Shown piece by piece: positions 46,440 through 58,500 of a stretch of 62,289 nt of DNA. Below the pieces are notes generated by a model. The model was not told the DNA's origin and did no database searches. It was given only the letters and a program-made list of their open reading frames with translations. The stretch is from a virus. Taxonomy: Duplodnaviria; Caudoviricetes. The stretch spans positions 1 through 62,289 of IMG/VR virus record IMGVR_UViG_3300031953_000007, one strand, 5' to 3'. Each line of letters starts with the position of its first letter. Position 1 is the stretch's first letter. The position numbers and the translations under genes were made by a program.

Positions 46440-48229
46440 GTGGGATAGTCCGCCGGCGGACCAACACGGCTACCGGAGCGCACTGGCTACGGCGGACTAT
46501 GAACACCGCTGCTCGACTGGGAAAAAACAACAGTCGGGCTGAGATCCAAGATGGTTATATTCTTCGGGCTAATCACGCAGGTACGCAGCGCTCAGCTACT
46601 TTATTGGACATGCCGCCCCACGTTCGCGTGGTAGGTAGCCTCAACATAGCCGGGCGGGCTCTCGGGTCTCCGCGCTTGAAAGTAGGTGGCAACCGGGACG
46701 CGTTCCACCCGGGTACCGGCGCTGACCCGATCCCGCTCACGGTGGAAGACCTCGACGAAGCGAAGTTCCCCACCAGCTGGAGCACCATAAACTTGGCCGT
46801 CGCCCCCACTGCGTTTGGGGTTTGGGAGGGAGCTGCGCTGCCCGAGGTCAAGGGTGTGACCAAGCTGTGGTCCGGCGGGGCCGCGGACTCTCTAGACAGG
46901 GACGTGGAGGTATACCCACTAAGCGCTTCCCGGGCGCTTTACACACGGGTGGAATTTCTGAAGCGGGGCGACACTGGTACTGCCATCAACACGACTGAAG
47001 CGTTCGTCACGCCTATCACCGGCGGTTACCTCATGTCCCCACGCGACATAGTGGACAGCGCGTTCCAGCTGGCATACCCGACGGTAACCCCCCACGCTGC
47101 CACAGACTACGATCCGGTAGCCGGTACTATAGTGATCGCCACGCCGGTTACGAAGCCGCTAGCAAAAATTGCAGATGACACCGGGCAAGACTACGGCAAG
47201 GTCGCTATGTTCTTTACGCGCTCTGTCGACGTCAGCACCGCGGAATCCTTCACCTCCTTGTACCTGTTCCAGTTCCCCAGCCTAGCCGCGTTTCAGCAGA
47301 CGCTGTGGCGGAGCGCGGAAGAGCGGGGGTACACCCCGACGGTGGTGCATAGTCAGGCTATCCTACACCCCGATGGCTCGACTACGATCTACGGGAGGTT
47401 CTACGGTTTTGTGTACGGCACCGCTGCGACCACGCAGTCAGGGTTTGAGCAAATGCTGACGCGCTTCCGACTAAGCATAACCCCCGAGGGGCTAGACTCA
47501 TGGTCGGTGCTAAGTTGCGACGTAACAGGCACCGATGCGTCTTTGGCTTCGCGTAGAGTGGGCTCTGTTGCAGGGCAGTTCCGGTGGGTGGAGCCGCCAA
47601 CAGTGTTCTACGGCGCTGGTAGCCCTTGGGCTTTTTGGGCGCAGTACGACATCTCGTCATCGGGTTTATCGTACACCCCGTTCGGAGAAGGCGACGGCGG
47701 CGCGACTGTAGGTGGCTTTGTCATCTCCATAAACAAGGGCGCCACAGAAGTAGCCCGCGGCGTGCCGCCTAACATAACCATGTTCCGTTTTACTGGCGCC
47801 CCAACGAGGCTGCTGGATGGAGCGGCTACTACACCTCGGCGCTTTCCATACGTCGCCTGCCACGTCGACACCCCTGAAGTGTTCGGGCTTAGCTTCTTTG
47901 GGTGGGATAGAACCACAGAGGAATTGAAGCTGTGCAAGTGGGACACCGTCGACGGCTTCGGCATCTGGGAGATAGACCTGACCCAGATGAACCTCCGACG
48001 CTCAGACCGGCTACCCAGTATAAGTGTCTACCAACGCTGCTCCGTAGTTGACGGGCTAGTGGTGGGCCTGCCCAGCTTTGTGGCAAACTCAGAGTACGAC
48101 GGGGGGTTCGTGGAGGGCCATATTATAGCCAAGGGCGTAGCCAAGTCTATGGGCGTGGTTGGCGGTTTGAGCGTATCAGCACTGGGGAATCCACTGCAAA
48201 GCAGTTTGCTTAACAACTTATATAGGTAG
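46436..48229 (+). CDS. Putative tail protein
   Basis: 597 aa, ATGA coupling, tail module. Confidence 0.5.
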   Translation: MSGIVRRRTNTATGAHWLRRTMNTAARLGKNNSRAEIQDGYILRANHAGTQRSATLLDMPPHVRVVGSLNIAGRALGSPRLKVGGNRDAFHPGTGADPIPLTVEDLDEAKFPTSWSTINLAVAPTAFGVWEGAALPEVKGVTKLWSGGAADSLDRDVEVYPLSASRALYTRVEFLKRGDTGTAINTTEAFVTPITGGYLMSPRDIVDSAFQLAYPTVTPHAATDYDPVAGTIVIATPVTKPLAKIADDTGQDYGKVAMFFTRSVDVSTAESFTSLYLFQFPSLAAFQQTLWRSAEERGYTPTVVHSQAILHPDGSTTIYGRFYGFVYGTAATTQSGFEQMLTRFRLSITPEGLDSWSVLSCDVTGTDASLASRRVGSVAGQFRWVEPPTVFYGAGSPWAFWAQYDISSSGLSYTPFGEGDGGATVGGFVISINKGATEVARGVPPNITMFRFTGAPTRLLDGAATTPRRFPYVACHVDTPEVFGLSFFGWDRTTEELKLCKWDTVDGFGIWEIDLTQMNLRRSDRLPSISVYQRCSVVDGLVVGLPSFVANSEYDGGFVEGHIIAKGVAKSMGVVGGLSVSALGNPLQSSLLNNLYR

Positions 48230-48238
48230 GAGAGCTAC

Positions 48239-49852
48239 ATGCTTATTCTAGGAGAAGAAGCCTCGGCACCAGATGTGTGGCGGCTAGTATATTACGACCC
48301 TGTGACGGAGACGGTGCCAGAAAACGGAGTGGTCGACCTGACTGCTTTGGTAGCCACCGTTGGGGTGGACATCTATAGATTTTCTTACCCAGTTGCGACA
48401 AGCGAGTACGTGTTCGTTTACGGCGCCGAGAACTTTGGTGGGGATTCGGGAGTAGTTTTGTCTGCAGATGGATTCTCCGTAGTCCACAACGCGGATTATG
48501 TTCTAGCTGCCTTTACAACCGCCCCTCCGGGCAACCACAGAACAATAGTTGTGGCTGACGGTAAACTGGTTTTTATTAGCGCGGGCACCATAACAGTGTT
48601 TTCTCTGCCAGACCTTAATCTGGTGCAGACGTTTGACATGTCTTCTATAGACGGCGCCCTCCCCGATGGTGTATCTGGAGTAAACGCAGCGGGGGGCAAA
48701 GTCTTATACAGCATACCGGGCTCGAAGCGGACTGTTCTGTACGACGTGCCTACAAACACAGTGTCGACTTTTGCCTACACGGCTATTCAAAGTAGGACTG
48801 TGGCGTCATTTATTAACGTGGCGGGTATAGAACGCGTTGGTGTGTTCGCGACACAGCTCAGTGAGCCTATAGCGGTGCGCTCGGCTAGCGATCTAACGAG
48901 CGTCGGAGCCACCGGCACGCCTAACGCCAATGCCCAAAGTATGATGTTCCAGAGAACCGCGGGTTTTCTTGGCAGCCCAGACGGCAGTAACGAAGTCATT
49001 GTGGGTGCGTATGGCGGAAGAGGGGCGGGTGGCTCTACAACTGGAAACTACGACCTAGACTATTACCCAGATGTGTTTACTACAAGCACAAACTACCGTG
49101 TAAATGACACTGCCGGGACCGACTTGTTCCCCTACAGTGTGCACCTTCACCGAGCTACCGGGAAACTCATATCGGTAGAAAACGCTGAGTCCGAGCTGAA
49201 CATATCTGCTACCGATCTGGTCGGCCAAACCATGCAGGTACGCCCCCCGGCGGTCGCAGTTACAGGACTTACTAACCGCGTCTCGGACTTCTTTATGAGT
49301 TCGTATGATGCGTTTGTTCTGACGTCTACTCAACAAACGTACTGGCTCGACGTAACAGACCCGGAGAACTGGGACACCGTGGCTTCCTCCCCCTACTTTC
49401 AATGGGATGGTAGCGTGTGGGTGTTCGGGGATGAGGGAGGAACCCCCGAGGGCGCAGAACTTCGAACTGCTGCCCCGCTGGTAGGGCTCGTACCGCTCAG
49501 ACTACGGTTGACGCTGGGCCCAAAGATAAGCCAGTTCGGGACCAGCGACTACGTTAAGCTCTATGCTGAGGGGGGGGTATCCAGCAACCGTGCTACGTTC
49601 TTTGGGCGGGGGTGGCTGCCGTACGACGAGGCCGCGCTGGAACACGTTTTCACCTCGGACGAGTTCGTCTATCCCGCCTACGTCGAGAGCCTTGAAGCTG
49701 GGACTGGGCTGTTTATGTCCAACAACTCGTACGAGCTTGTTGAGCTCCGAAAGATTGAGGTACTGGTCACGGGGGCACCCATACCAGACGAGTTCTGGAC
49801 AGCGTTCAACCAGACCCAAGAAATTTTAGTCCCCCTGTCTGATGTCGAGTAA
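48239..49852 (+). CDS. Putative tail/receptor-binding protein
   Basis: 537 aa, beta-propeller-like composition, AGGAG RBS. Confidence 0.5.
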   Translation: MLILGEEASAPDVWRLVYYDPVTETVPENGVVDLTALVATVGVDIYRFSYPVATSEYVFVYGAENFGGDSGVVLSADGFSVVHNADYVLAAFTTAPPGNHRTIVVADGKLVFISAGTITVFSLPDLNLVQTFDMSSIDGALPDGVSGVNAAGGKVLYSIPGSKRTVLYDVPTNTVSTFAYTAIQSRTVASFINVAGIERVGVFATQLSEPIAVRSASDLTSVGATGTPNANAQSMMFQRTAGFLGSPDGSNEVIVGAYGGRGAGGSTTGNYDLDYYPDVFTTSTNYRVNDTAGTDLFPYSVHLHRATGKLISVENAESELNISATDLVGQTMQVRPPAVAVTGLTNRVSDFFMSSYDAFVLTSTQQTYWLDVTDPENWDTVASSPYFQWDGSVWVFGDEGGTPEGAELRTAAPLVGLVPLRLRLTLGPKISQFGTSDYVKLYAEGGVSSNRATFFGRGWLPYDEAALEHVFTSDEFVYPAYVESLEAGTGLFMSNNSYELVELRKIEVLVTGAPIPDEFWTAFNQTQEILVPLSDVE

Positions 49853-50462
49853 GGTCGACGTCCACATAGGGCTAAGCGGGGCGGAGCCACAAGCGTGGCT
49901 CGACCGCTGCTTGCGGTCGCTTGAAGGTCAGCCAGTGAACATACGCTTCGTAGATGCGGTACCGGGTGACGTGGGTTCTATGCGTGCTAATGGTTACGCG
50001 CTAGGCACGTCAGGGCTTGTGAGCTATGTGGACCCTGACGACTGGGTAGAGCCATGGACATACGCGTGGGCGGTGGAACAGATGCGAGCCCCCGAAGTGT
50101 CTGCGTGCTATGTGAACCACGGGCTGTACGAAGAGTGCGGGGCCGTTAGAACACGGCTATGGTTTGACCAGCTCGCTCCAGACGTGGGGTTTGCCAAGTG
50201 TAAGCAGATGCACCACGGCGTCGTGCACCGGCGCGAAGTTATTGGAGGGGTATTGCCTCTGCTTAGGGGAGTAACCCTGCGCGAGTGGCAGTACGCTAAC
50301 CTGCAAGCACTAAAGGCCGGCAAGGTAGTTGGTACATTGCGCGAGGGGTACGGCTGGAGGGTAACGCCGGGCGGAGCACATAAGGTAAGACCTATCCTGC
50401 CTCCGCCCACTGCCAGCGAACGGTGGAAGGCGGAAATGCAGAGGATACTGTTAGCAAGCTAA
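49842..50462 (+). CDS. Glycosyltransferase family 2-like (GT-A)
   Basis: WL.RCL.SL..Q, R..G, VSYVDPDD (DxD). Confidence 0.7.
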   Translation: MSSKVDVHIGLSGAEPQAWLDRCLRSLEGQPVNIRFVDAVPGDVGSMRANGYALGTSGLVSYVDPDDWVEPWTYAWAVEQMRAPEVSACYVNHGLYEECGAVRTRLWFDQLAPDVGFAKCKQMHHGVVHRREVIGGVLPLLRGVTLREWQYANLQALKAGKVVGTLREGYGWRVTPGGAHKVRPILPPPTASERWKAEMQRILLAS

Positions 50463-50465
50463 GTT

Positions 50466-50640
50466 CCTAGCAACCCTAGCAAAGTTTTAGGGAAACTCTT
50501 TATAAAAGAGAAAACTCATTGTCTTATAAAACAAATTAAAAAATAAAAATAAAAAGTTTTTTATAGTATATAAGTACTAGGGTTACTAGAGAGCTGTTTG
50601 TTAAGGGTTTTTTCCTAGCAATCCTAGCAACCCTAGCAAA
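50466..50640. repeat. Iteron-rich AT-rich element, copy B (inverted homologue of copy A)
   Basis: CCTAGCAA at 50466, 50475, 50614, 50623, 50632; TTGTCTTATAAAACAA 50519-50534; A-tract. Confidence 0.75.
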
Positions 50641-50720
50641 CCGCATAGTGAATTTTTCCGACGTATCAACCGTTTGCATATCAGGGTAAAATGTTTTAGC
50701 GAATTTATTGGAGGTGGCTT

Positions 50721-52523
50721 GTGAGCAAAATTACCGACAACTTGAGAAATAAAGCGCAGATGGCTAGGGATCGACTCCGTAATATGCGGTCGGGCACTGC
50801 GGCCAGCGGCGGAAATACTCCGGTGCGCCTTAACGGCCCGTCCACTACTACGGGCGTAGCGACTCAGCCCCGTGGGGCCTCCCCACTTGCGCAAGCAGGT
50901 TCCGGTGGTGCTGGCGGTGGCGGCTTACGCCCCCCGACAACAACTGCTTCTCCTACTCCACCGCCAAAAGGCGGCTTACCGACGTTTGTTAACGACACCA
51001 CTACTGCTAAGAGTAAGTTAGGTCAGGTGGGTAAGGCGCTCGGTAAAGGCGGAATACTGCGTGGGTTGGGTCAGCTCGGCACCGTAGCCGCCGTTACCAG
51101 CATGGGTGTAGAAGCTGCTGAGAATGCTCGGCAAGAAGCTGGCACTGCGGACATGGCAGATCTGTTTGCTCGCGGTCGTGCTGGAAAGCTCGAGAATACA
51201 GGCCCCGGATACAGCGGCGGTGCGCCATTAGATCCTACCTTCGAAGATCTTGGTGACAAAGACGGTCTTGTCGCCCCCGGCCAAGCGCCTGAGTGGGCCC
51301 GTAACTTTCAGGCTGACCCGTTTACGTCTGGCTCAGTACCTCAGGCCGACCCCAATGCCTCAGACACCCCCCGTGCTAGGCAGCTTCGTCAGATGGGTGT
51401 GCCCCAAGAAGCTATCGACTCAGCACCTATTGAAGAGAATGACCGGCGCGCTGTGCTGGCCCCTGACGGTAGGGGCGTCGCTGGGCAGACTTACAACTTA
51501 GGCAAGTTCGGCTCCCAAGACCCCAACGGTGATATCTTCGGCACTGCTGATGAGAACGGTCGGGTGAACAACTTCGCCGGCGTGGGCACCCCCCGCACAA
51601 ACGAGCAGCGCATGGCAGAAGGCCTACGGTCTGCGGGCCGTAACGAGCGGGCGCTTGAGATTGCTCAAGGGAACAACCGCCTACGTAGCGAGCAGATTAA
51701 CGGCGTAGGGTACTCCGAAGAAGACCGGGCTAATCAGCGGGCTAATCAGCGAGAGCGGAACCTGCGCGCTGATCTTGATACCAGCACTCCTTCAGGACAA
51801 CGGGCCCTGACCGCGGCTCTTGAAGGCGTAGAGACGCAGCGCTTGTCTGAGATCAACGGGCTACGCAGCAACGCCGCTGCTACTGAGCAGCAGACTATTG
51901 CCGGTAATGCGCAGCGTGATGTAGCTGGGATAAACGCCGCCGGCGATCTGCGTACCGAGCGGTTGAAACAGACCCAAGAAGGTATCCGCAGTCAGGCAAA
52001 AGCTACTGCAGACGCGGCCAAAGTTAAGCGGGAGCTTGGCGAAAAAGGCTGGGAGCGGTACAACAACACTGTCGACCGTATGTTCTCAGAGCCTGATGGT
52101 AATGGCGGGTATCAGACTAACAAGATAGAACAGGAGAAGTTCCGCACGTTTGTGGAATCCAGCGACCTTATACTGGGCAGCGAGGAGTTTACGAGTAAGC
52201 CTCCCCAAGCACAGGCCAACATCCTGCAAGACCTACGCCGTCTGCAAGAGATGGGTGTCAGGCTGAACGAAGCCAAGGGTCAAGATTTGGAGGGCGTGGA
52301 CCCGGTTACCATGATCCGTGAGGCTACGTGGGAGGATGCCACCGGTGTTTTCTCAGACGATGGTATATCGTACTTCGACTACCTATACTCCAACCTGCTG
52401 GCTACTGATAACCAGTTGGTAGAGACCCAGAGCGGTAAGAAGATCCTGCGCTCAGATCTGAACCCAGACAGTAACGCGGAAGTTACCCGGCTTATGAATC
52501 CCGGCACGTTACGCAACCAGTAA
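50721..52523 (+). CDS. Putative internal virion/DNA ejection protein
   Basis: GGAGG RBS; G/A/Q-rich low complexity; precedes the giant protein. Confidence 0.55.
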   Translation: MSKITDNLRNKAQMARDRLRNMRSGTAASGGNTPVRLNGPSTTTGVATQPRGASPLAQAGSGGAGGGGLRPPTTTASPTPPPKGGLPTFVNDTTTAKSKLGQVGKALGKGGILRGLGQLGTVAAVTSMGVEAAENARQEAGTADMADLFARGRAGKLENTGPGYSGGAPLDPTFEDLGDKDGLVAPGQAPEWARNFQADPFTSGSVPQADPNASDTPRARQLRQMGVPQEAIDSAPIEENDRRAVLAPDGRGVAGQTYNLGKFGSQDPNGDIFGTADENGRVNNFAGVGTPRTNEQRMAEGLRSAGRNERALEIAQGNNRLRSEQINGVGYSEEDRANQRANQRERNLRADLDTSTPSGQRALTAALEGVETQRLSEINGLRSNAAATEQQTIAGNAQRDVAGINAAGDLRTERLKQTQEGIRSQAKATADAAKVKRELGEKGWERYNNTVDRMFSEPDGNGGYQTNKIEQEKFRTFVESSDLILGSEEFTSKPPQAQANILQDLRRLQEMGVRLNEAKGQDLEGVDPVTMIREATWEDATGVFSDDGISYFDYLYSNLLATDNQLVETQSGKKILRSDLNPDSNAEVTRLMNPGTLRNQ

Positions 52524-52533
52524 GGTATACACA

Positions 52534-55500
52534 ATGGCTCAAAGACGTGAGAGCAGGCTTTCAGGACTACGCACTGGTGGGAACCGTCTAGCAGGGCTTT
52601 CAGCCACTGAGGTGCTCACGCCTGAAGAGCGGTATGACGTACAGAACCCGAACGACAACCAGTTCTTTAAAGGCCTGCGCACTGCTTCGGCCAACATCTC
52701 TACTGGAGCGTTGCGTAACGAGCAGCTTGATGCTGAGTTGTCTGGTGACACAGAAGCAGAGGATATAGCTCGCCGAGGCGCTGAGCGTATCGAACGTGAC
52801 CGCGGCATGTACGCGCCTAGAGTAAATTCCCTGCGGGATATCAACAACGCTGGGGATGCTGGCGACTACGTAGCTAGTTCGTTTGGCCAAGGTCTAGGTT
52901 CCATGGCGCCATCTGTTGCCGCAGCTCTGGCCACCCGCGGTCTGGTAAAATCCCCGCTGGCTACGTTCACGTCCGCCGGCGCTGCTTCTTATCCTCAGGT
53001 TAGGGGCGAGGTGGTTTCCGAGCAGTACAACGACCCTATTCTCGCAGCGGCCAGCGCAGAAGACCGCGACACTATAGCCACCCGCGTGGGTCTGGCAGGC
53101 TCAGCACTTGAAGCCGTCGTACCCACCGCGCTGTCCAGAACTCTGCTTCGTGGCCCCGCCGGCGAAGGTATCCGCGGCACTGCTCGTACGGCAGGACGGA
53201 ACCTTGTTACTGAGGGCTCTACAGAAACGGCTCAGACTGAGGCACAGTTCTTGGGTGCCCGGGCGCTCGACTCTACCCGCGAACGCGACCCGATGGCTTA
53301 TGCTGACGCCTTCGCTGCTGGTGCCATTACTGGCGGCGGTACCTCTGTCGGTGCCAGCGCTGTACGCCCAACACTCGGAGCTGCTCGTGACGTAGCCGGC
53401 GCCGTGGCCCGCCCAATCGCTGACGGCCTAGGTGCATTGTCTTCGCGCAAAGGGCCTACGCGCCCGAACGACACCGGACCGGTTGACGTCAGCGGCGACC
53501 CTACACAAGAGGCACCGACGGCTGAAGACAGCGTGTTCTACGAAGCTAAGCCCGAAGATCTGGCCGACGAGATCATGGCCGGTGATTCTGACCCCAGTCT
53601 GGTAGGCGCTACGCGGGAAGAGACTGCTGCGAACATGGACGCGTCAGAAGAGCGCCGAGTGCTCGGTGCCCAGCGCCTGAAAAATGAGATCTTAGCGCGT
53701 ACTGACATTCCCGAAAACGTGAAAGCACAGATCCGTGAGTCTGGCAGCGTCACAGACCCCGCAGTGCAGAAGCGCATCGCTGAGACTTACAGGAAAGCCA
53801 ACGCGCTCCGTGATCTGGGTGACGCGCTACCAGACGAAGACGCTACGGTTGCTGACTTTACAGAAATGAAAGACGGCGGCGTTAAGAGGAAGAACCTGCA
53901 GAACATGCAGACAACTAAAATGCCTCAGCTGGTTAATACTCTGGCGCGAGCACTCGGCCCTCAAGCTGATCAAGCACCAAAGATAGCCCGACAGCTTACG
54001 GCTCTTGCCGCGCGCTTAGACCAGAGTTCTCTGGACGCAGACACCGTCGAGGCTCTGACGCGTACTCGCGACGCGCTCGGCGGGCTGGACACTACTGGCG
54101 CTATCCAAGAAGTTTTGTCAGCGTCACTGCCCGCTCTGGCTAAAGGCATGGAGGCTATTCAGGCTATCCCGTCCGCCTTGTCCGACGTGCGTGGCAGCGA
54201 GGGTCAAAGCTTCTTGGAGTCCATGATGCCTCGGCGCTTGCCGCGCAGCGTAACCAACACGGTCGCTCGGTTCATTGACGACAACGCTGCTGGCTATCCA
54301 AACATGGAAGGCGGGCGTCGCGACCGCGTGCTCAATACGATGACTCAGGCCTTCGGGTCACCTGAGCGCGCTGAGATCGTGATGGATTATTACGGAGAGC
54401 TGCGTCGCCAGTCTGCTAAGGACGAAGCTGACCGCGCCATGAATGACGGCGAAGAAGCCATCGCGACTCAGGACGACCAGACTATTCGCGGCGAGCCTGT
54501 AACAGAAGGCACGCTCCAAGAAGGTATGGATAGCGACTACGAAGGGTTGGACCCGGGCTATGATGAGGGCGACGCCGAGCCAGACGCTGTGGAATCTCGG
54601 GACGTAGAAGCTGAGAACCAAGGTATTCAGCAGACCACCGAGGATATCCTTAACCGTCCAGAATACGTGTTCCAGAAAGGAGACGAGCCGTTCCGTGCTT
54701 TCGAAGGCAGCGAGCTGAGCAACAAGCGCGTGCAGTCCATTGCTTCTGCCGAGGCTTCCAAGCGCCGTGGTACTGAGGTGGCTGATACTCAAACGATCAC
54801 CATGAACCAGTACGTTGAGGAGACTGGTGGTTCACCAGAAACCGAGTATCAGAAAATCTCCAAGCGACTGGACGACAGAATCAGCAGCTTGGCGGGTAGA
54901 TCTAACCTATCCAAGATCGACCGTGACCGGCTAAACGAACGGCGTGGTGAGCGCGCGCTTATCGATAAGCTGTACGAAGAAGGCGGTGCCGCCGCAGTGC
55001 TCGAACAGTTCCAAGTGATTAAAGTTCAGAACGCTTCGCCAGACGATTCTCGCGCTTCGGACGCAGAGCTTGGTTCTATGCGCACGATGCTGAACCGCGA
55101 ACCTAACATCAAGGAGCTTACTCGCCGGCTGAACACAGCTCTCAGAGAGAACAGAATATCTCAGCAGGAGGTGGACAAGCAGCTTGGTGAAGCAGTGGAA
55201 CGCAGAGACAAGATCCGGCAGACCCGTATCACGTTCGAGATGGCCGACGGCACGACTACGCCTCTATCGGCAGAGTCTATGTGGAAGACTATCGCAGCGA
55301 AGACCGAATCACGTCAGAACGAGCGCGAAGACGTACGCCTGCGCCGACTGTTCCACGAAGCTGTAGCGCTGGTGCTTAACCGCCCAGACGTTGTCGGCAT
55401 TAAAAAGACAACTGAGAAACAGGTCCGTAGAAGCGAGAACCCTAACACTCCGCCGAACACCGCGCCTGAACAGATAATCCGCGAGCTGCCACGCGTACGC

Positions 55501-58500
55501 TTGCAGGTAGACGGTAAGTTATTTAACCGTCCGGAGCCTAACCCAAGCTATCGTGCGCAGGTTCGAGAGACTCTGGAAAATGGCCGTTTCAGCCTTAGCC
55601 AGCTAAAAGCTACGATGGACGATCTGGTTGACCAGTACTGGGCGGCAGACGATAAAGTCCGCGAAGCTCCTACGTCGAACGTAGATGTTCCGCCTATAGA
55701 CCCAGAGAATCCTACAGTCGAGGGCCCAACGCGCAAGACTGTCCTGCTGCCGAGTGGTAAAAACTTCGACAAGTACGACAGCCGCAAGGAAGAAATTAAG
55801 GGTGAGCTCGATGAGCGGATCGACAAGACCCAGCGTCTGCTCGATAACGCTATGGTTGAGAGTAAGCGCCGTAGTGCCGGGTTCGAAGAAAATATGTCCC
55901 CAGCAGAAAAGTCGGCTGAGGCTAAGCGCAAAGCAAAAGCGCAAGCGGACAACCCGCTCATTGATAACATCCCGTCGCAGGCTTACAACCGTGAGCGTCT
56001 GCGTTTGATGCGCGATGCGCGCAACGCTATGAAAGAAGCCGACGACGTCGAAACTGTGCTGAACTTGCTGGATGATCGCCTAGAAGTCGGCGACCCTGAT
56101 TCCAAAGTTCCAGACACAAAGCCGGTGAACAACGGCACCCCGCAGGACCTGAACAAGCAGGGGCGCGACCGGTACGAGACTGGCAACCATCTGTTCGAGC
56201 AGGACCCAAAAAAGAACCAACGCACCCGTAAAGGAGTGCAGGACGAAATCAACAAGGTCGAGAAGTCGCTGGAGCGCACCGAAGATCCAGCGAAGCGCCA
56301 GTCTATGCTGGACACACATACTGACCTGTTGAACGAGCTGTACTCTATACCTAAGCAGGCAGAACCGGTCGGCCAACCAGCCAGCAAGCTCAATCGTGAG
56401 CGCGTAAAACCCGGCGCCATGGGCGTAGAGTCTGGGCTCGACGTGCTGCGTGCTGTTCGCGGCAACCGGCCAGTTAAAACTCAGGAGCCATACCTGCAGC
56501 GCATCGTAGCCAATAAAGGCTACCGGGAAATTGCACCGGGCCTTTGGGCACCGCCCGAAGATTCTGGCACTGATATCAAGCCCGCTATGCGCATGCTTAG
56601 CGATAAGTCCTTAGAGGCTTTGTACAACGTCGCGGTCGAGGGCAACCTCGCACGTCTGGACAGCGCGAACAAGAAAGCTGCGTTTGACGCTATGTCTGAC
56701 GTTGCTAAAGAAATGCTCGGCGCTATCCCCGAAGCTGGCCGCACTGAGAAACAAGCAGAGCTGCTGTCAGCGTTGAACAAAACTGCGCGCCAAGTCAGCA
56801 ACGGTGGGAAACGCATCGTCCGTAATACGTTCATCGGCGAAGTGGCTGATCCCGAAGGAGCCAAGAAAGCAATCGAAGCCCTTAACGCCGGTATCGAAGC
56901 GGGCATGGTCTGGAACCAACACGGATGGTTCAACGGCCCTGACGGCAAGATGCGTAGGGAGTTCGATGACGCCTCCATTGCCGACGCACTAAAAGCTGTG
57001 TTGAAGCGGACAAATGGCCCGGATGCCCGAGCCTTAGAGGAATCGCTTTATAGTAACGGCGAACAAACCGACCCGACTGTAGACCAGCTCGTAGCTACTG
57101 GGACCATCCCATTAACAGTGATCCTTGACGGGATAGGTAGTCAGGAGCTAGCCAACGTGTTTGGGTACACGCTCGGCTCATTATCAGATACAGGCGCAAG
57201 CAACAGCATAGATGATTTCGGTGCCATAATGATTTCACCTTTCCGCGAAGAAGCGGATGCTGAAAAAATGCAGCATGCAGGGTCATTTAACAACTCGACA
57301 AAAATACTGGAGGTAAACCCTGCTGCTTCTGCGATGTCTGAACTTCCAGATAATGTAGTGAATGAAATTATAAATAACGCCACTGGTGCTAACCCTAGCG
57401 CCAACGCGAAAAAGTTCACTCTTTTTTTGAAAGGTGAGAGCTCACTTACCCAGATTGAGGCGGTAGAGCTATTAGCAAAAATGGCTACCGAAGCAGGGTA
57501 CAAGACCTCGACATACAACCTGTTTGTCGACGGTGTCACCTCTACGTTCCTGCATGAGTTTCAGCACGCCATTCAAGCTGCTGAGGGCTTCGATGGTGGC
57601 GGCAACCCTCTCTCCGGCCTAATTCTTAGATACACTGACTACACTCTGGACGACATGCTGGCCGACGATGCAAATATGTCGAGCATGCAGGCCGAAGCGT
57701 TTTCTAACGCGCGTAGGGCGGGTGGCCCTGATGCGGACATAGAGAAGCTGGCTTTTGAGGCCTACCAAGATCTTGTAGGCGAGATTGAAGCTCGCGACGT
57801 CGAAGAACGCAAAAACATGACTAGCGGAGAGCGAAAAGCCGCTTTGCCCGAGCTTATGACCCGCGAGGATTTTGTTCGCTCGCCCATAAGCATTAACAAC
57901 CAAGCCCGTATCAGCGAGTTCGTTCGCTCGTTTAAGAAGAGCAACATGAACCCTCGCCGCGGTCGCCCAAGAAACTGGAGCCAAGCTGAGAAGCAAGAGC
58001 TCATCGATGAGATTCGCCGGATACGTGGCGAAGACGTGCGCGTGTCTTTCGAGACGTTTGCAGAAATCGGTGCTTCCGGCGAGTTCTCTATGGACGAGGA
58101 CCACCAGAACCGTTTGATTCGTCTTGCGGTTAACGCCGGTGATATGAAGTCCGTCGCGTGGCACGAGTCGCTGCACGACTTCTTCCACAACATGGGCACA
58201 TCTCCAGAAGCTCGTAAGCTCAAGGCTTCTTTGTTGGCGTCGTCTAACCGCCCGGTGATTAAAGCCGAACTGCGCAAGCTACTCGCGAAGCACCCCAACG
58301 CACTGAAACAGATCGAGGGCCGTTCGCCCGAGGCTTCCGAAGAGCGTCTGGCATACATGTTCCAGTTTTGGGCCGAGGGCAAGCTGGACATAGACACCGT
58401 TGGCGAGAACATCTTCCAGCGGCTGGCCCAGCTTATCCGCGAACTGATGGGCACTGTCAGCGCTGACCAAAAAGTCGCGATGGTCATGGCAGCTCTGCAC

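Noticed and set aside
50601-50894. 97-aa minus-strand ORF ending GLLGLLGLLG
   Set aside because: Artefact of the 9-bp iterons; antisense to a real gene
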